Source: Naegleria gruberi (taxonomy: Eukaryota). From it: DNA of 64,000 nucleotides. Each line of letters starts with the position of its first letter. Positions within the stretch are counted from its first letter, which is position 1. The stretch is taken from assembly GCA_000004985.1 (NCBI GenBank), contig GG738908.1, one strand, 5' to 3'. The translations under genes and the position numbers were made by a program. This document shows, one piece after another, positions 10,098 to 21,290 of the stretch. The notes under the pieces were generated by a model that saw nothing but the letters and a program-made list of their open reading frames with translations, was not told the origin of the DNA and searched no databases.

Positions 10098-13000
10098 TTA
10101 CATATTTGTTTCATGATCATCTAGCCATTGATAATTGAGTTCCTTTTCCTGTTCCATAATTTGAATCATTTCGGTACTGCTGATTCTTCCATTCTCTCCA
10201 GCAGAAGATCTTCCACTTCTTCTGTACATTTCCAAATCAATTAAATAGCATTGCAATACTGTATCAATAACAGTTTGGAAAATTGTAATAAACAATGAGC
10301 TGACAAGTACACTCATAGCAAAAACAATAACCAGCAACATAAAGCTATGATTCACATCAAGCCATTCCTTTCCTGAAAAGACAATTTCAAACAAGCCATA
10401 ATTACCTTGTTCATTGTAGGCATTGGTTATCTTTCCAACAACACTTGTGAATTCCTCAAGTGATTTATCTTGGGCATGAATGATAATATAAGCCACAGCA
10501 ACACTAATAATGGCGACTAACATTTTCATACAAAACATGATCCAATCGGTAATCCATTCCAGAACTGCAATAAATGTAATATTCTTACGCATCAGCTTGG
10601 TAGAACTGAGTGAGGAGTGGAAGAATGTTGTACCAAAAATGGCACAGTGAATCAAACTGTTTCTAGCAAAGAATTCCATGAATTTTTCAATGTACTTGAG
10701 AATAACAAATAGAATTCTATGGATAAATCTTGTTAAGAAATTATTTCTAAAATTGTTAATAAATCTAACAATAAAGAATTGACTCTCAACTGCTTGTTCA
10801 ACAGTGCTCTTTTCACTTTGATATCCCATCAAGGAAAGGGATGTCTTGATAACCAGTATCAAATATTTCACAAGTCCAACAAATAAACTAGCAAGTGCAA
10901 TACTTCCTGCATTGTAGTACATGACAAATAATGAAGCTTGAAGAACTGGAAGCTTTAGACACATGAGCGTCTTTTCATAGCTGTCAAATATTGCAGAGCT
11001 TGATTCACCTCTTCTTGCTGCTGTTATAGTTCCAGAAACGTTTCCAAACTTGAAATAGAAGGTAGAGGTAACACGAGCAACAACAATAGTAACAAAACTC
11101 AACAAGAATTGAGTAATCCAGAAGAAACCAAGCAAGTAGTATGCAAACCATCCTTTCAAGAGATGGGACTGCAAAGTTAAAATAAAGCTTGTTGGATTGG
11201 AGAGTGATTGCATCTTTTCAGTAAGGGTATTACCTGTGGCAATATTACTTGTAACTTTTCCAGCCAAAGATGAAGCATCTGTAATTCCAGCGGCTGTCAG
11301 TTCATTGGTGAGCAAGAGGGCAACAACACAGAACCACCAAACACAGAAAATAATGCCTCCAATAAAGATTGCAATAGGCAGTACTGTAAACATTTGAGGC
11401 ACTGTCGTAATAATCATGGCACTCTCCTTAATGATAGAAACTGATCTGGATAATGTCTTTTTCCAATAATTCCAGAAAATAAATGTGAACAACAAATTTG
11501 TAAAGAGTAAGAATAAACCACTGCCCAAGTAGAGAGAATTTTCCCAAGTTAAATCAGCAATAGTGGAAGAGAATTTCTGGGACCATCTTGATGAGCCAGA
11601 TACATTGAAATGTAGATCAGATCCTCCTTCAACAAGTAACATGATGGACAAGGAGAACCATGCAAGAATGAGTAGGGCAACGGTACCATAAATCAAAGGC
11701 TTGGCCAATACCCTCAACAAGACAACTGTAATAAATGATACAGCAGCAGTAATTGTAACTGAGATGAGAATAATTTTCCAACTATTATACAACATGGTAA
11801 CACTCTTAATGATAAACTTTTCCAAGAAGGAAGGCATCAAACCAGATAATTCTTGAATATTAATTTCCTTTCCAATATTTGAAATGGTTGGTAAATTATC
11901 AATATAAGGACCAATAGTTGCACTGAAATATGAAGCAGGTGATATAGTAGTAATATGTCGTATCAAATTGGAGAGGGCTGACTTTTGTTGTTCAAACATT
12001 TCTTCAGTCATTTCGAAACCTGAAATTGTTTGAAGACTGGACTTGGTATTCAAATTGTTTTGCAATTTAGCCAAATTAGCTGCTTGTTCAAAGAATGCAA
12101 ATGAAGACGGTGTAGGAATGCAACGTCCCATCACTGAAAAGTAGGTTTGATCTTGAGGAACTTCGAAATAGACAGGTTCTGCTTTCTTTTCCTTGGAGAG
12201 GAAGAAACGTTTAGCAGCACACAAGTTCTTCTTTTTGATAATGACTTTGGTGACATTTTCTGTAATGGTTTCATTTCCTACAATCTTTTTAACTTGTTCG
12301 GTAATTTCAGTCTTATCGAACCAGGTTTTTCTCAAGGAGAGAGGGCATTCATCCGATACAAATGACAAACTTTCTGTTGATTGAGATGAGAATTCATCAC
12401 GAACATCAAGGTCCTTATTGTTCAAATTCTTTGAATTATCAATAGTCTTGACAGCACTTGGGCAACTCTCCACACAAATACCTCCATGTTTAATCCAAGT
12501 TTCAAATGGTACTGTTGATTTGGCAAGGTCATACTTTTCCTTTCCAAAGAATGCATCCTTTTCATTCATAATCCACAAATATTTACGTGATGAAAGATCT
12601 TCCTTCCAATAGTTTTTATCAACCATAGAATCAGCAAATTGAAGTGCTCTATTTTGAATAGATAAACTATCGAGAGATCCATCATCTTTAGAATAATCAA
12701 CACCACAAGCTCTTCCCAAATAATCAATCGGATAGAAGAAACGTGTCATTTCCCTCTTTGATGGAATAAAGTAATTAAAGAATGAAATATTGTCGTCTAA
12801 TGATGATGGATTGTTGTTGTTACTATTTACAGAGGAAGTAAGAAGGTCGGCAACACTGGCTTTTAAAAGATTCATCTCTGCCCCTTGATTATGTTCCTTC
12901 AATTGTGCTGAAATGTACTCTCTTCTCTTTACTATAGCCTCCAAAGCAATAGCAATCATACCAATACAGAAGAGGATAAACACAATAAGGAAGAGAATAT

Positions 13001-13370
13001 CTCTACATGGACGATTTTGATGGAATTCATAAGTGTACTTTTTAACGAGGAGACTATTACTCTTTCTATTGTTATTACCAAGAAGTGATTCTTCATCAGA
13101 GTCTGAATCAAAGTCTAGTGATGGTTTAGGAATGGTAGCAGAAGGTCTTCCGCCATTGTTATTATTATGAGATGATGTGTTATTGTTATTATTTGCAGAG
13201 TTTGTAGTTTTGTTAGTTGTATGATTGTTATTAGTTGAAGTTTGTTGTTGTTGGTTTGTTTGATTAATCTTTGTATTGACCAATTCAACTTCCCTCGATA
13301 GATATTCTAACAACTCTTCTGGAGAAGGAGTTGGATATAAATTGTTATTATTATTGCCTTGTTGACTCAT
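10098..13370 (-). CDS. Large polytopic membrane protein, probably of the choline-transporter-like (CTL/SLC44) family. It has an N-terminal Asn-rich cytosolic tail, TM1, a Cys- and N-glycosylation-rich ectodomain, then about 9 TM helices. Single exon.
   Basis: 1090-aa ORF without stops. The topology (TM 'ILFLIVFILFCIGMIAIALEAIV', a ~400-aa loop with many Cys and NxS/T sites, then repeated helices such as 'LKGWFAYYLLGFFWITQFLLSFVTIVVARV') is typical of CTL proteins. The family call rests on topology plus weak motif resemblance and is unverified. Confidence 0.45.
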   Translation of the reverse strand: MSQQGNNNNNLYPTPSPEELLEYLSREVELVNTKINQTNQQQQTSTNNNHTTNKTTNSANNNNNTSSHNNNNGGRPSATIPKPSLDFDSDSDEESLLGNNNRKSNSLLVKKYTYEFHQNRPCRDILFLIVFILFCIGMIAIALEAIVKRREYISAQLKEHNQGAEMNLLKASVADLLTSSVNSNNNNPSSLDDNISFFNYFIPSKREMTRFFYPIDYLGRACGVDYSKDDGSLDSLSIQNRALQFADSMVDKNYWKEDLSSRKYLWIMNEKDAFFGKEKYDLAKSTVPFETWIKHGGICVESCPSAVKTIDNSKNLNNKDLDVRDEFSSQSTESLSFVSDECPLSLRKTWFDKTEITEQVKKIVGNETITENVTKVIIKKKNLCAAKRFFLSKEKKAEPVYFEVPQDQTYFSVMGRCIPTPSSFAFFEQAANLAKLQNNLNTKSSLQTISGFEMTEEMFEQQKSALSNLIRHITTISPASYFSATIGPYIDNLPTISNIGKEINIQELSGLMPSFLEKFIIKSVTMLYNSWKIILISVTITAAVSFITVVLLRVLAKPLIYGTVALLILAWFSLSIMLLVEGGSDLHFNVSGSSRWSQKFSSTIADLTWENSLYLGSGLFLLFTNLLFTFIFWNYWKKTLSRSVSIIKESAMIITTVPQMFTVLPIAIFIGGIIFCVWWFCVVALLLTNELTAAGITDASSLAGKVTSNIATGNTLTEKMQSLSNPTSFILTLQSHLLKGWFAYYLLGFFWITQFLLSFVTIVVARVTSTFYFKFGNVSGTITAARRGESSSAIFDSYEKTLMCLKLPVLQASLFVMYYNAGSIALASLFVGLVKYLILVIKTSLSLMGYQSEKSTVEQAVESQFFIVRFINNFRNNFLTRFIHRILFVILKYIEKFMEFFARNSLIHCAIFGTTFFHSSLSSTKLMRKNITFIAVLEWITDWIMFCMKMLVAIISVAVAYIIIHAQDKSLEEFTSVVGKITNAYNEQGNYGLFEIVFSGKEWLDVNHSFMLLVIVFAMSVLVSSLFITIFQTVIDTVLQCYLIDLEMYRRSGRSSAGENGRISSTEMIQIMEQEKELNYQWLDDHETNM

Positions 13371-14013
13371 ATTATATAATTATTATTATTTACAAAGTAA
13401 TATGTACAGATTCATAAATTTACAAATTGTAGCTTCTTGTTGAAATCTTCTCAGAGTACAAGTCTTTGCTTATTATTATTTAGCTTGTTGAAGAAGAGGT
13501 CAAACCAGCTTGGTCCACGTTTGTTGTACAATTTTGATGAAGATAATCGGAACGCTGGAGAGATGATGAACAATGAAGAAGGCAAATTTTATTAAAAATA
13601 AAAAAAATAACGTGATGATGTTGTTCTATTAATAAAACATTCTATTTTTTGCTTTGGTATGAAGTTTGATGATGAAAATTTAAAAAGATTACATTAGTGT
13701 TTTTGTTTCCGGAATAATAATATTTATTTGAATCTTATTGTGAGTCTATTTAATGATTAATATTGAATTTTTGTAGACAAAAGATTAAGAATGGCATATT
13801 TGTGATATTCTTAGTTAAATATTGCTTTGTTAGGTATCTGGTCGAGTATTCTCTTTTCTTTGGAATATTGGGACCAGTTGGAGGTATCATATTTTCCTGA
13901 TGGATTAACTTTTTTCAATCCAAAATGAAATTTTGATTTGTACAATTTACTTTTTTATAATTATTCTAGCTCAAATTAGTAATTTGGTTGATGACACATT
14001 AATGGTAAATAGA

Positions 14014-15294
14014 TTAATTAATCACTGTTAGTTTCAAGTCAGCAAAGTAATGACATGTTGTGGCACAAATTATTTTCAAATTTTCATTGAAATATACTAG
14101 ACACTTGCTTGCAATTTTCCTATTGTAAATCACATAATACGAACTGCCACAATCCACACTCATTTCATAACTTTGTGGACTAGCTCTTCCAAATGAGTAG
14201 TACCAACACTCTTGTGGTTCACTGTTAAACTTGTACTTTCTTCCAAAATTGGAACCTCCAATACCAAGAAATCCAAATTCATTGACAAAAGTTGTTGAAC
14301 TTCCACCACACAAAATACTTTTCGGTTTAAATACATGATTACTTGATAGGTTTCCTTCATATACAATTGGAGAAACTGAATCATTCAATGGTTGTAAGGG
14401 AAATGATGGAAAATTCAATTTGGTCAAAAATTTCTCTATAAAATTATAATCGAATCCACATTGAGAATATAAATTAAAACCACACGTATAGACTTGACCA
14501 TTCTCTAATAGGATACACGTATGAAAAATTCCACATTTCATTTGCTTAATTCGTTCGCCCTTAAATGGCGTATCCATTTCAGAGAAACGGTCCTTTGATA
14601 TTTGACCATTTTGAACACTGAATGTATCATCACCATGAGTGAGAATATGATGAGAGCCATCCTCTTTCTCATACACAACAAATGTGGAATATCCACTCAG
14701 TGCAGATGTTACATATTTCTTATCTGTGAAATCCAATCTCAAGTCAACTTGCTCAATTATACCATTCGAGGTTGTTCTGAAATAATAAATCATGGAATCA
14801 TTTCCGTACACAATCATGTGAGAAGATGAAGGTCCACATACAATTTCCCTAATTTCAATTCCATCATCCATAAATTTCTTACAACTATTCGAATATCCAA
14901 TTGAAGTTTCGAATGTCAAAATTAAATTATTCTTCATTTGTAAAACAATAAATTCGAGATTGGAATAAACATTTTCCACTTGATAGCAATTTCCTAACTC
15001 CATCATTTCCATAGCAAGTTTATAATTCAATAAATAGAAATCTTGATTATTGACACATTGATTGAAATATTCGGAACAACAGATTGAGCTTGAAAACTTG
15101 ACAAAAAGATCTTCTTCCATCAAGGTAGTATGATGTTTCGGCCACAATCTCACAACAAAGCAAGTTCCTCCACAAATAACACTCCGAATATCTTTCGAAT
15201 AATTATTAGAAACCGGTCCGAGATGACAAGGTTCAAAATCATGAGCATCAGGATTTCTAATTCCCAATGTCAGTAGTGGTATTGTATTTTGCAT
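14014..15294 (-). CDS. RCC1-like repeat (beta-propeller) protein.
   Basis: 426-aa ORF with repeated 'hhCG..H.hhl..nG.VYtcG.N..gQcG' blocks ('CGIFHTCILLENGQVYTCGFNLYSQCG', 'ILCGGSSTTFVNEFGFLGIGGSNFGRK', 'VCGPSSSHMIVYGNDSMIYYF'). Confidence 0.45.
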   Translation of the reverse strand: MQNTIPLLTLGIRNPDAHDFEPCHLGPVSNNYSKDIRSVICGGTCFVVRLWPKHHTTLMEEDLFVKFSSSICCSEYFNQCVNNQDFYLLNYKLAMEMMELGNCYQVENVYSNLEFIVLQMKNNLILTFETSIGYSNSCKKFMDDGIEIREIVCGPSSSHMIVYGNDSMIYYFRTTSNGIIEQVDLRLDFTDKKYVTSALSGYSTFVVYEKEDGSHHILTHGDDTFSVQNGQISKDRFSEMDTPFKGERIKQMKCGIFHTCILLENGQVYTCGFNLYSQCGFDYNFIEKFLTKLNFPSFPLQPLNDSVSPIVYEGNLSSNHVFKPKSILCGGSSTTFVNEFGFLGIGGSNFGRKYKFNSEPQECWYYSFGRASPQSYEMSVDCGSSYYVIYNRKIASKCLVYFNENLKIICATTCHYFADLKLTVIN

Positions 15295-15502
15295 GATCGC
15301 AGAAGTGATATTTTTTATATTTAAATATTTTGAAAATGGCCAAAATTATTCTTGTGAAATTGAGAGAAGGAAATGTTGTGCTAATACCAAATCAATTTTG
15401 CTTTCATTGCTAGATGTATCAAGGTTATGTTTTTCTTCATCTGAAGATTGGTCAGACGAATTATTGATATATTGGAATATTCCTGTAGAACTATCAGACT
15501 GT

Positions 15503-18500
15503 TTATTGAATGAAAATGAAAGCAAGAATCAATGAAAACAATACAATGAAATAGAATTTGGAGGAAGATGCTTGGTTGACTGATTGTTGAGCTAAAGTTG
15601 GTGAAATGGCAAAATCAGTCAAGTGAACAGTTCTACATTTGACTCTGGTATTACTAATCTTGATAGATTCCAATCCAATTGATGAGAATTGTGATGATTG
15701 AGTATTGTAGAATTGACACAAACCCATCATTGTAGAATTCATTAAAGAAATGTCAACTTCAAACTCAATTGGGGAAGTGAGGTCTGAAATTTCGAGTTCA
15801 GTACCATTAGAAAGAATGTTAATTGAAATAATGGAAGAAACCAAATCAGTCTTGATGTGAGAGTAAATATTTTGTGAAATGATTGATAAGGAAATTGAAA
15901 CAGAAGCACTGGAATCTAATTGATATTTGGAAGAAAGCAACTTTTTCAAAGAATCCTTTGGTAAGCTCAAGGAAGAAAGTCCAATTTGAGAAGGTGAGAA
16001 ATTAAAGTTGTCAATTGTGCTCTTTACAACAGCTGTCTTGACAAGATTTGAAACTGAGACGCTCGATTGTCCATCAACCAATGACATGGCTGCTCCAACT
16101 TGACTAGCATCAATGACCTTCTTTAATTGAGAAGCAAAATTAGAATTTGATGTGGAAACAGTTGAAACCAATTGAGAAACTGTCTTGACAATGGAAGTTC
16201 TATCAGTAGATTGTAAGTTTTGCTTCAAAGATGTAGAAATACTCGACAATAAATTCAAAGTCTTTTGAGCTGTGTCTGATGTAATTTCTGATGGTTGATT
16301 GGTTAATCTTTCCAAAAGTCCAATCTTTGCGGTGTCAGAATCAGTTGAAGCAATAATTTGAGTCAAAATGTTACTTCTGATTGATGTCTTTTCAGTAGTT
16401 GTAAGCTTGGAATTGAGTAATGAATTGGCAATTTCCAAAGAACTCAATGAAGTGCTGCTAATCAAAGAGTTGACAAGTGAGCTAACTTCTTGAGCTGACA
16501 TGGTAGTAGTTGGATCTTGAATGGTCAAAACTTTAGTTTTTTCAACTGTTGTAAAAGCAGCATCTCTGACTGCAAAGAAAATTGTCACTTGTCCAGAGCT
16601 GAAAGTAGGAAGAGTAAATGTTGGGGATGTTGAGCTAGCACTCAATTCAGCAACATAAACTTTGCTATTTTCTTGAGTATAATAACCAAATGAATAGAGC
16701 ATGGTAAATGATTCTGGATCCGTGGCAACCAAACTAGCTCTTAAACTTGTCTTGACAGCAAGTGCAGAACTAATTTCCAATCCACTAGTAGCATTGACAA
16801 CCTTGAATGATGAAATAGTTGGTGATCTGTTAATGGTAATCTTTAAATCTTTTGAAACGGATACAGATCCAGTAGCAGAAACACGAGTAGCATTCAATCT
16901 GAAAGTATAAGTTGCTCCTTCTGTTAAACTATTTGCCTTAATGGCTAAATCTTTCTTGTCAGTTCCAGCAACTGAAATAGTTTCCAAATTGACTGCAGTT
17001 CCAGAAACTTGAGTCCACTTGTAGCTCAATGAAGAATACGCACTCAATGATGAAATTGTAGATTTGAAAACAATGTCCATCGATCCAGGAGTATAAACAG
17101 TTTGTCCAGAGGTGAAAGTTGGTGAACTGATAACAGCATCGAATGACAAATCACAACTTCCATAAACATAATTGGCTGGACAGGTACAAATATTTGGACC
17201 AGTACATTGTCCAAATCCACAACCACCCTTAGAGGAACAATCAAATACGTTACAATCACTTCCAGTATATCCTGACTTGCAAGTACAAACATTAGGTGAA
17301 GTACATGTACCATTTCCATTACAATTATTGAGAGTGGTACAAGTTGGAGTGTTACAACTAGCTCCTGTATATCCAGATTGACAAGTACAGACATTAGGAC
17401 CAGTACATTGACCACGATTCATGCAATTCGAAACCAAATTACAACTATATTGATTACAGGTACTTCCCTTATAACCAGCTTTACATAAACAAGTATTAAT
17501 GGCAAGACAATCACCATTTCCATTACAATTATTCACTCCAGCACATGATGGAGTTTCTCCAGGACGAACAGCTCTCAAGTAATTGCTAGTACATGCAGAG
17601 TTTTCACCCTGAGTGAGAAGATAGCCAACCGATGGATAATAATACTTGTATCCATTTGAATCTACTGCCTTAATATAATATTTTCTACAAGCAGTTCCAG
17701 AAGAAAGTCTAGTAGTATTATATTCGAAAGTTCCTGCATTCAAAGACGAATCAGTATACATACTCGATGTTGGAATACTCATTGGATATTCCACATCATT
17801 AATAAAAATGGAAACATTCAATGGAGCTACTCCCTTTCCCAAATCTGCCTTATGATAATAATTAGCAAGGAATGTAACTGTATCTGTGGCAAACGTAATA
17901 TGTGTAGCAGCAACGATTGGATTTGAAATACCATGTGAACCTGAGGCAAAATTCTGTGTCCAATAATCACTGAAACCTGTGGCTGCAACCTTTGGATAAT
18001 GTCCAACTCCAAGAAGGGTATATGAGCTTCCAAGAATGTTGGCTCTGTGTCCATCAGAATTAATCCAAGCCATGGTTACAGAAAGAGGACTTGTCTGTCC
18101 AGCTGCAATATTTTCAGCCATTGCTGCTGGTTTAGTGTAAAAAGTAGCAACTCTGGTGAAGGTTAGAGTTCCATCACATGAATTATGTTGAAAACAAGGT
18201 ACAGTTGCCATGTCTTTCGAATGGAATCGTCCAGATTCTACCAAATTGAAATGTTCGAAAAGTGGAGGCAAACCAGTGGTTTCCAATGACTTTTCTGCTT
18301 GGAATAAATTCAAGAATCTGGTCTTGAATCCTGAAGGAGACATTCTAGCCCAATTTGTTAAAACATGGACCGTCTTTTCGACATATCTCGAATAAGTGTA
18401 AACTAAATCAGAAAGTGCATTCACACCAACTTGATCACCAATTCCATAAAATTCCCAATTACCATTATCTGTGCTGCCATTGTTGGTTGAAGCACCACCA

Positions 18501-18685
18501 TCATTAGCAAAAGTGGCCATGACAGCACGTTTGTTTTTGGCAAATTTCAAATTGCTGTCAAATGCCATCGAAGGAGGATTTTGTGAAATGACAGATAGAG
18601 GTTCATGTTCTGCCAACACCAGAAAGAGGGAGGATAATACCAACACTACCAAGAGTGCATAATGCAACCTGTTACTCAACAACAT
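15503..18685 (-). CDS. Giant secreted protein: signal peptide, CAP/SCP (PR-1-like) domain, about 5 tenascin-type EGF repeats, and a long Ser/Thr-rich (mucin-like) tail. Single exon.
   Basis: Signal peptide 'MLLSNRLHYALLVVLVLSSLFLVLA'. CAP motif 'SDGHRANILGSSYTLLGVGHY' (compare 'GH[RY]xNIL...GVG' of SCP-like proteins). EGF repeats 'CNGNGDCLAINTCLCKAGYKGSTCN', 'CMNRGQCTGPNVCTCQSGYTGASCN', 'CNGNGTCTSPNVCTCKSGYTGSDCN'. The C-terminal ~500 aa are S/T-rich. Confidence 0.6.
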   Translation of the reverse strand: MLLSNRLHYALLVVLVLSSLFLVLAEHEPLSVISQNPPSMAFDSNLKFAKNKRAVMATFANDGGASTNNGSTDNGNWEFYGIGDQVGVNALSDLVYTYSRYVEKTVHVLTNWARMSPSGFKTRFLNLFQAEKSLETTGLPPLFEHFNLVESGRFHSKDMATVPCFQHNSCDGTLTFTRVATFYTKPAAMAENIAAGQTSPLSVTMAWINSDGHRANILGSSYTLLGVGHYPKVAATGFSDYWTQNFASGSHGISNPIVAATHITFATDTVTFLANYYHKADLGKGVAPLNVSIFINDVEYPMSIPTSSMYTDSSLNAGTFEYNTTRLSSGTACRKYYIKAVDSNGYKYYYPSVGYLLTQGENSACTSNYLRAVRPGETPSCAGVNNCNGNGDCLAINTCLCKAGYKGSTCNQYSCNLVSNCMNRGQCTGPNVCTCQSGYTGASCNTPTCTTLNNCNGNGTCTSPNVCTCKSGYTGSDCNVFDCSSKGGCGFGQCTGPNICTCPANYVYGSCDLSFDAVISSPTFTSGQTVYTPGSMDIVFKSTISSLSAYSSLSYKWTQVSGTAVNLETISVAGTDKKDLAIKANSLTEGATYTFRLNATRVSATGSVSVSKDLKITINRSPTISSFKVVNATSGLEISSALAVKTSLRASLVATDPESFTMLYSFGYYTQENSKVYVAELSASSTSPTFTLPTFSSGQVTIFFAVRDAAFTTVEKTKVLTIQDPTTTMSAQEVSSLVNSLISSTSLSSLEIANSLLNSKLTTTEKTSIRSNILTQIIASTDSDTAKIGLLERLTNQPSEITSDTAQKTLNLLSSISTSLKQNLQSTDRTSIVKTVSQLVSTVSTSNSNFASQLKKVIDASQVGAAMSLVDGQSSVSVSNLVKTAVVKSTIDNFNFSPSQIGLSSLSLPKDSLKKLLSSKYQLDSSASVSISLSIISQNIYSHIKTDLVSSIISINILSNGTELEISDLTSPIEFEVDISLMNSTMMGLCQFYNTQSSQFSSIGLESIKISNTRVKCRTVHLTDFAISPTLAQQSVNQASSSKFYFIVLFSLILAFIFIQ

Positions 18686-19084
18686 GTTTGCCCTTCAGAT
18701 GTCGTTATTTTTTTTGAATGATTTTAAAGCTGTCACCAATATCGCAGGGTTGTTGGCCAAAAACAAGTGAAAAGGATGATTTTGCGGGGTCAACACTCAC
18801 CTTTCATAGAGTTTACAATTGTTGATCCATGACAAATCATTAAACTCTATAAATGGAAAGTGAAAAAATTACAAAACGATTTCAAAACGTTAAATATTCA
18901 ATTCTTAAGTAAGTGGCAATTTAATTTGCATTTTATTTAATAACCTTATTAAACTTTCTCTAATATTTACTCTCCCTACAATAAAATCCCAATTTTTGAC
19001 AGAACGATCAATCACATCAAATAATTCTTCTAATTCATCTTTTCTAATTAAACTCTCCAATTTGTAGGCATAAATTGGTCGAAA

Positions 19085-19273
19085 TCAATGAGAACATTGT
19101 TGAGTGAAACCTTCCCAGGAATTCCCACTTTCCCAATGTCTGTTACAATCGGTGCAGTGATAATAGCCGTATTTTCTTGTTGGATTTGAGTTATTGTAAG
19201 TTTTCTTGAATTTGTGAGTCATTGTGCTTTTTAATTTGTTTTTGAAAATTGTTTTTTTTATAGAAAATTTCAC
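19085..19273 (-). CDS. Small ORF fragment with a 3CxxC-type zinc-finger-like motif. Probably an exon of a larger, unresolved gene.
   Basis: 'YGYYHCTDCNRHWESGNSWEGFTQQC' resembles the zf-3CxxC pattern (C-x2-C...W.S...). The ORF-track start is a non-ATG codon, so the gene model is unresolved. Confidence 0.2.
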   Translation of the reverse strand: MKFSIKKTIFKNKLKSTMTHKFKKTYNNSNPTRKYGYYHCTDCNRHWESGNSWEGFTQQCSH

Positions 19274-19497
19274 AATTCCTAACCTTAATTAGGTTCATGC
19301 TTTTTTATGAAAACTGATCAATTCAAGTCCATTGTAAACAGCAATACAATTTTTTTGTAATCTTGAACAACCCCTCTCAAATCCTCAACAAGCATTCACA
19401 ACTCCTCTTCACCGCACTCCTCAGAATTGGCGGCAATTAACAAGCAATAAAAAGCAAATTCCTTCGAAAAATTAACCGCCCAACACTTTGAAAAAAA

Positions 19498-21143
19498 ATG
19501 CAAACCATCTTGATGGTGTTATTGGCTGTGGTGGTATTGATTGCTACCTTTGTGGTGAGGCGATTGTTTTCCCTCCATAAAATCCACTCGAAAATTAAGC
19601 ACATTCCGGGGGTGATGCAAGTATTCGAACTTTCTCCGATAAGAATTCCCTTCTTGTCCACTCATCTCTATCTAACAAGTGATGAGGATTTGGATAAGGC
19701 TTGTTTGTTGTATGGAGATGCAGAAACTCAAACTTTGAGTATTGCTACTTCTACTACACCACTCGTTTTTATTAGTGATCCGAAAATGTTGAAGGAATAT
19801 TTCATTACTAAGGGTCATTTGTTTGAGAAACCAGGATATGAGGTGGTGAATTTCTTTGGAGAGGATAATATTTTGACAGCTACTAATACTGAAAAATGGA
19901 AGAAACATTACAAGATTTGTTCGGCAGCTTTCACACCAAAGAATTTAATGTATGTGTGTAAGGTTGCTGACAAGTCTTGTGATTTATTGTTTGAAATTTG
20001 GAATGAGAGATTGAAAGAGAATGGATCTATGATTTTGGATGTAAATGAATATTCGAATCTTACATTGGGTAAGTAATTTCGTAGCTCAATGAGTTACTGA
20101 TCTGAGTCGATCTGTTATATCATAACACAACCTTGGTTGAATAGACGTTTTGGGAAAAGCTGCTTTTAACATTGATTTTGGTTTTTATTCCAATAATGAA
20201 GAGGGTAGATACTTTAGACAAAGTATGGAGAAACTAATTTCACCGCAAGCTGTTCTTTCTTTTGCTTTCTTTGGGAATATTCCTTTCTTATTCAAGTTAG
20301 CAAACAGAGTGATGGGTGTTCAAGCAGCCACTGATCATTGCAGCGATTATTTAGACAAGATAATTGAGCAGAGAAAGAAGCTATTGTCTACTGGTGAAAT
20401 TTTGGATACTGATGAAGGAAGTGATTTACTGACACTACTTGTTGGAGCTAATGTAAAGGAAGAAACCATTACAAATAATCAATTGAAGAGTAATACACTG
20501 TTGCTATCAACGGCTGGACACGAAACAACTGCTAAAACATTGTCTTGGTAAGTTTTAAAGATGCTATTGAAATTTCATTAACCAAATTAGGGTTTCTTAT
20601 CGTTTATCTAAACATCCAGAAATTCAAAGTAAATTATGGAAAGAAGTTGATGAAGTATTGCAAGGTAGAAATCCAACCTATGCCGATCTTCCATCTTTGC
20701 CATATGTCAATGCGATTATCACTGAATCTTTAAGATTGAATCCACCTGTATATCACTTGGGAAGAATTGCCACTAAAAATCTCACCCTTGGAAAGTATGA
20801 TATTCCAAAAGGAACTATGGTTCAAGCTTTCATGTCACGAGTTCAACAGAGAGAAGATATTTGGGAAAATGCCAAAGAATTCATACCAGAAAGATTCCTC
20901 GATCCAAAAGTGAAAGACAGTTATCAGCACAACTTTACGTATGCTGCATTTAGTTTGGGAAATAGACAATGTTTAGGAAAGCATTTTGCCATTTTGGAGG
21001 CTGCCACTATTTTGTGTAAATTAGCTCAAAAGTATGAATTCAAATTGTTGAATGATGAGAGTGTTGATCCAGTGGGTGTTTTCAAATTGCCAGTTGCCAA
21101 ACCAACATCAAACATGAAGGTTCAAGTCTCTTTGAGAAAGTAA
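19498..21143 (+). CDS. Cytochrome P450 monooxygenase, 3 exons: join(19498..20068, 20145..20547, 20591..21143).
   Basis: aaaaaaaATG at 19498. There is an N-terminal membrane anchor. I-helix 'STAGHETTAKTLSW', K-helix 'ESLRLNPP', and heme-binding 'FSLGNRQCLGKHFA' (FxxGxRxCxG). Donors g|GTAAGT at 20069 and tg|GTAAGT at 20548. Acceptors ...gaatag| at 20144 and ...aaattag| at 20590 restore colinearity with the neighbouring paralog ('NLTLDVLGKAAFNIDFG', 'TLSWVSYRLSKHPEIQSKLWKEV'). Confidence 0.8.
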
Positions 21144-21290
21144 ATAATTAAATATTATTAAACATTATTCATTGAAAGTTTTTGGACAATTTCATCTACA
21201 GATATTCTCTCTTTAAAACTTGAAAAAGAGTTATATTCCCTCATCATAATATTTCGTCTTACAATTTTATTATAATATATGTACACATAC

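Noticed and set aside
10098-13370. Asn-codon (AAT/AAC) runs at 13080-13300 and poly-N stretches in other genes, considered as possible DNA-level repeats or contamination
   Set aside because: They are in frame within long ORFs and encode the poly-Asn/Ser low-complexity tracts typical of AT-rich protist proteomes.
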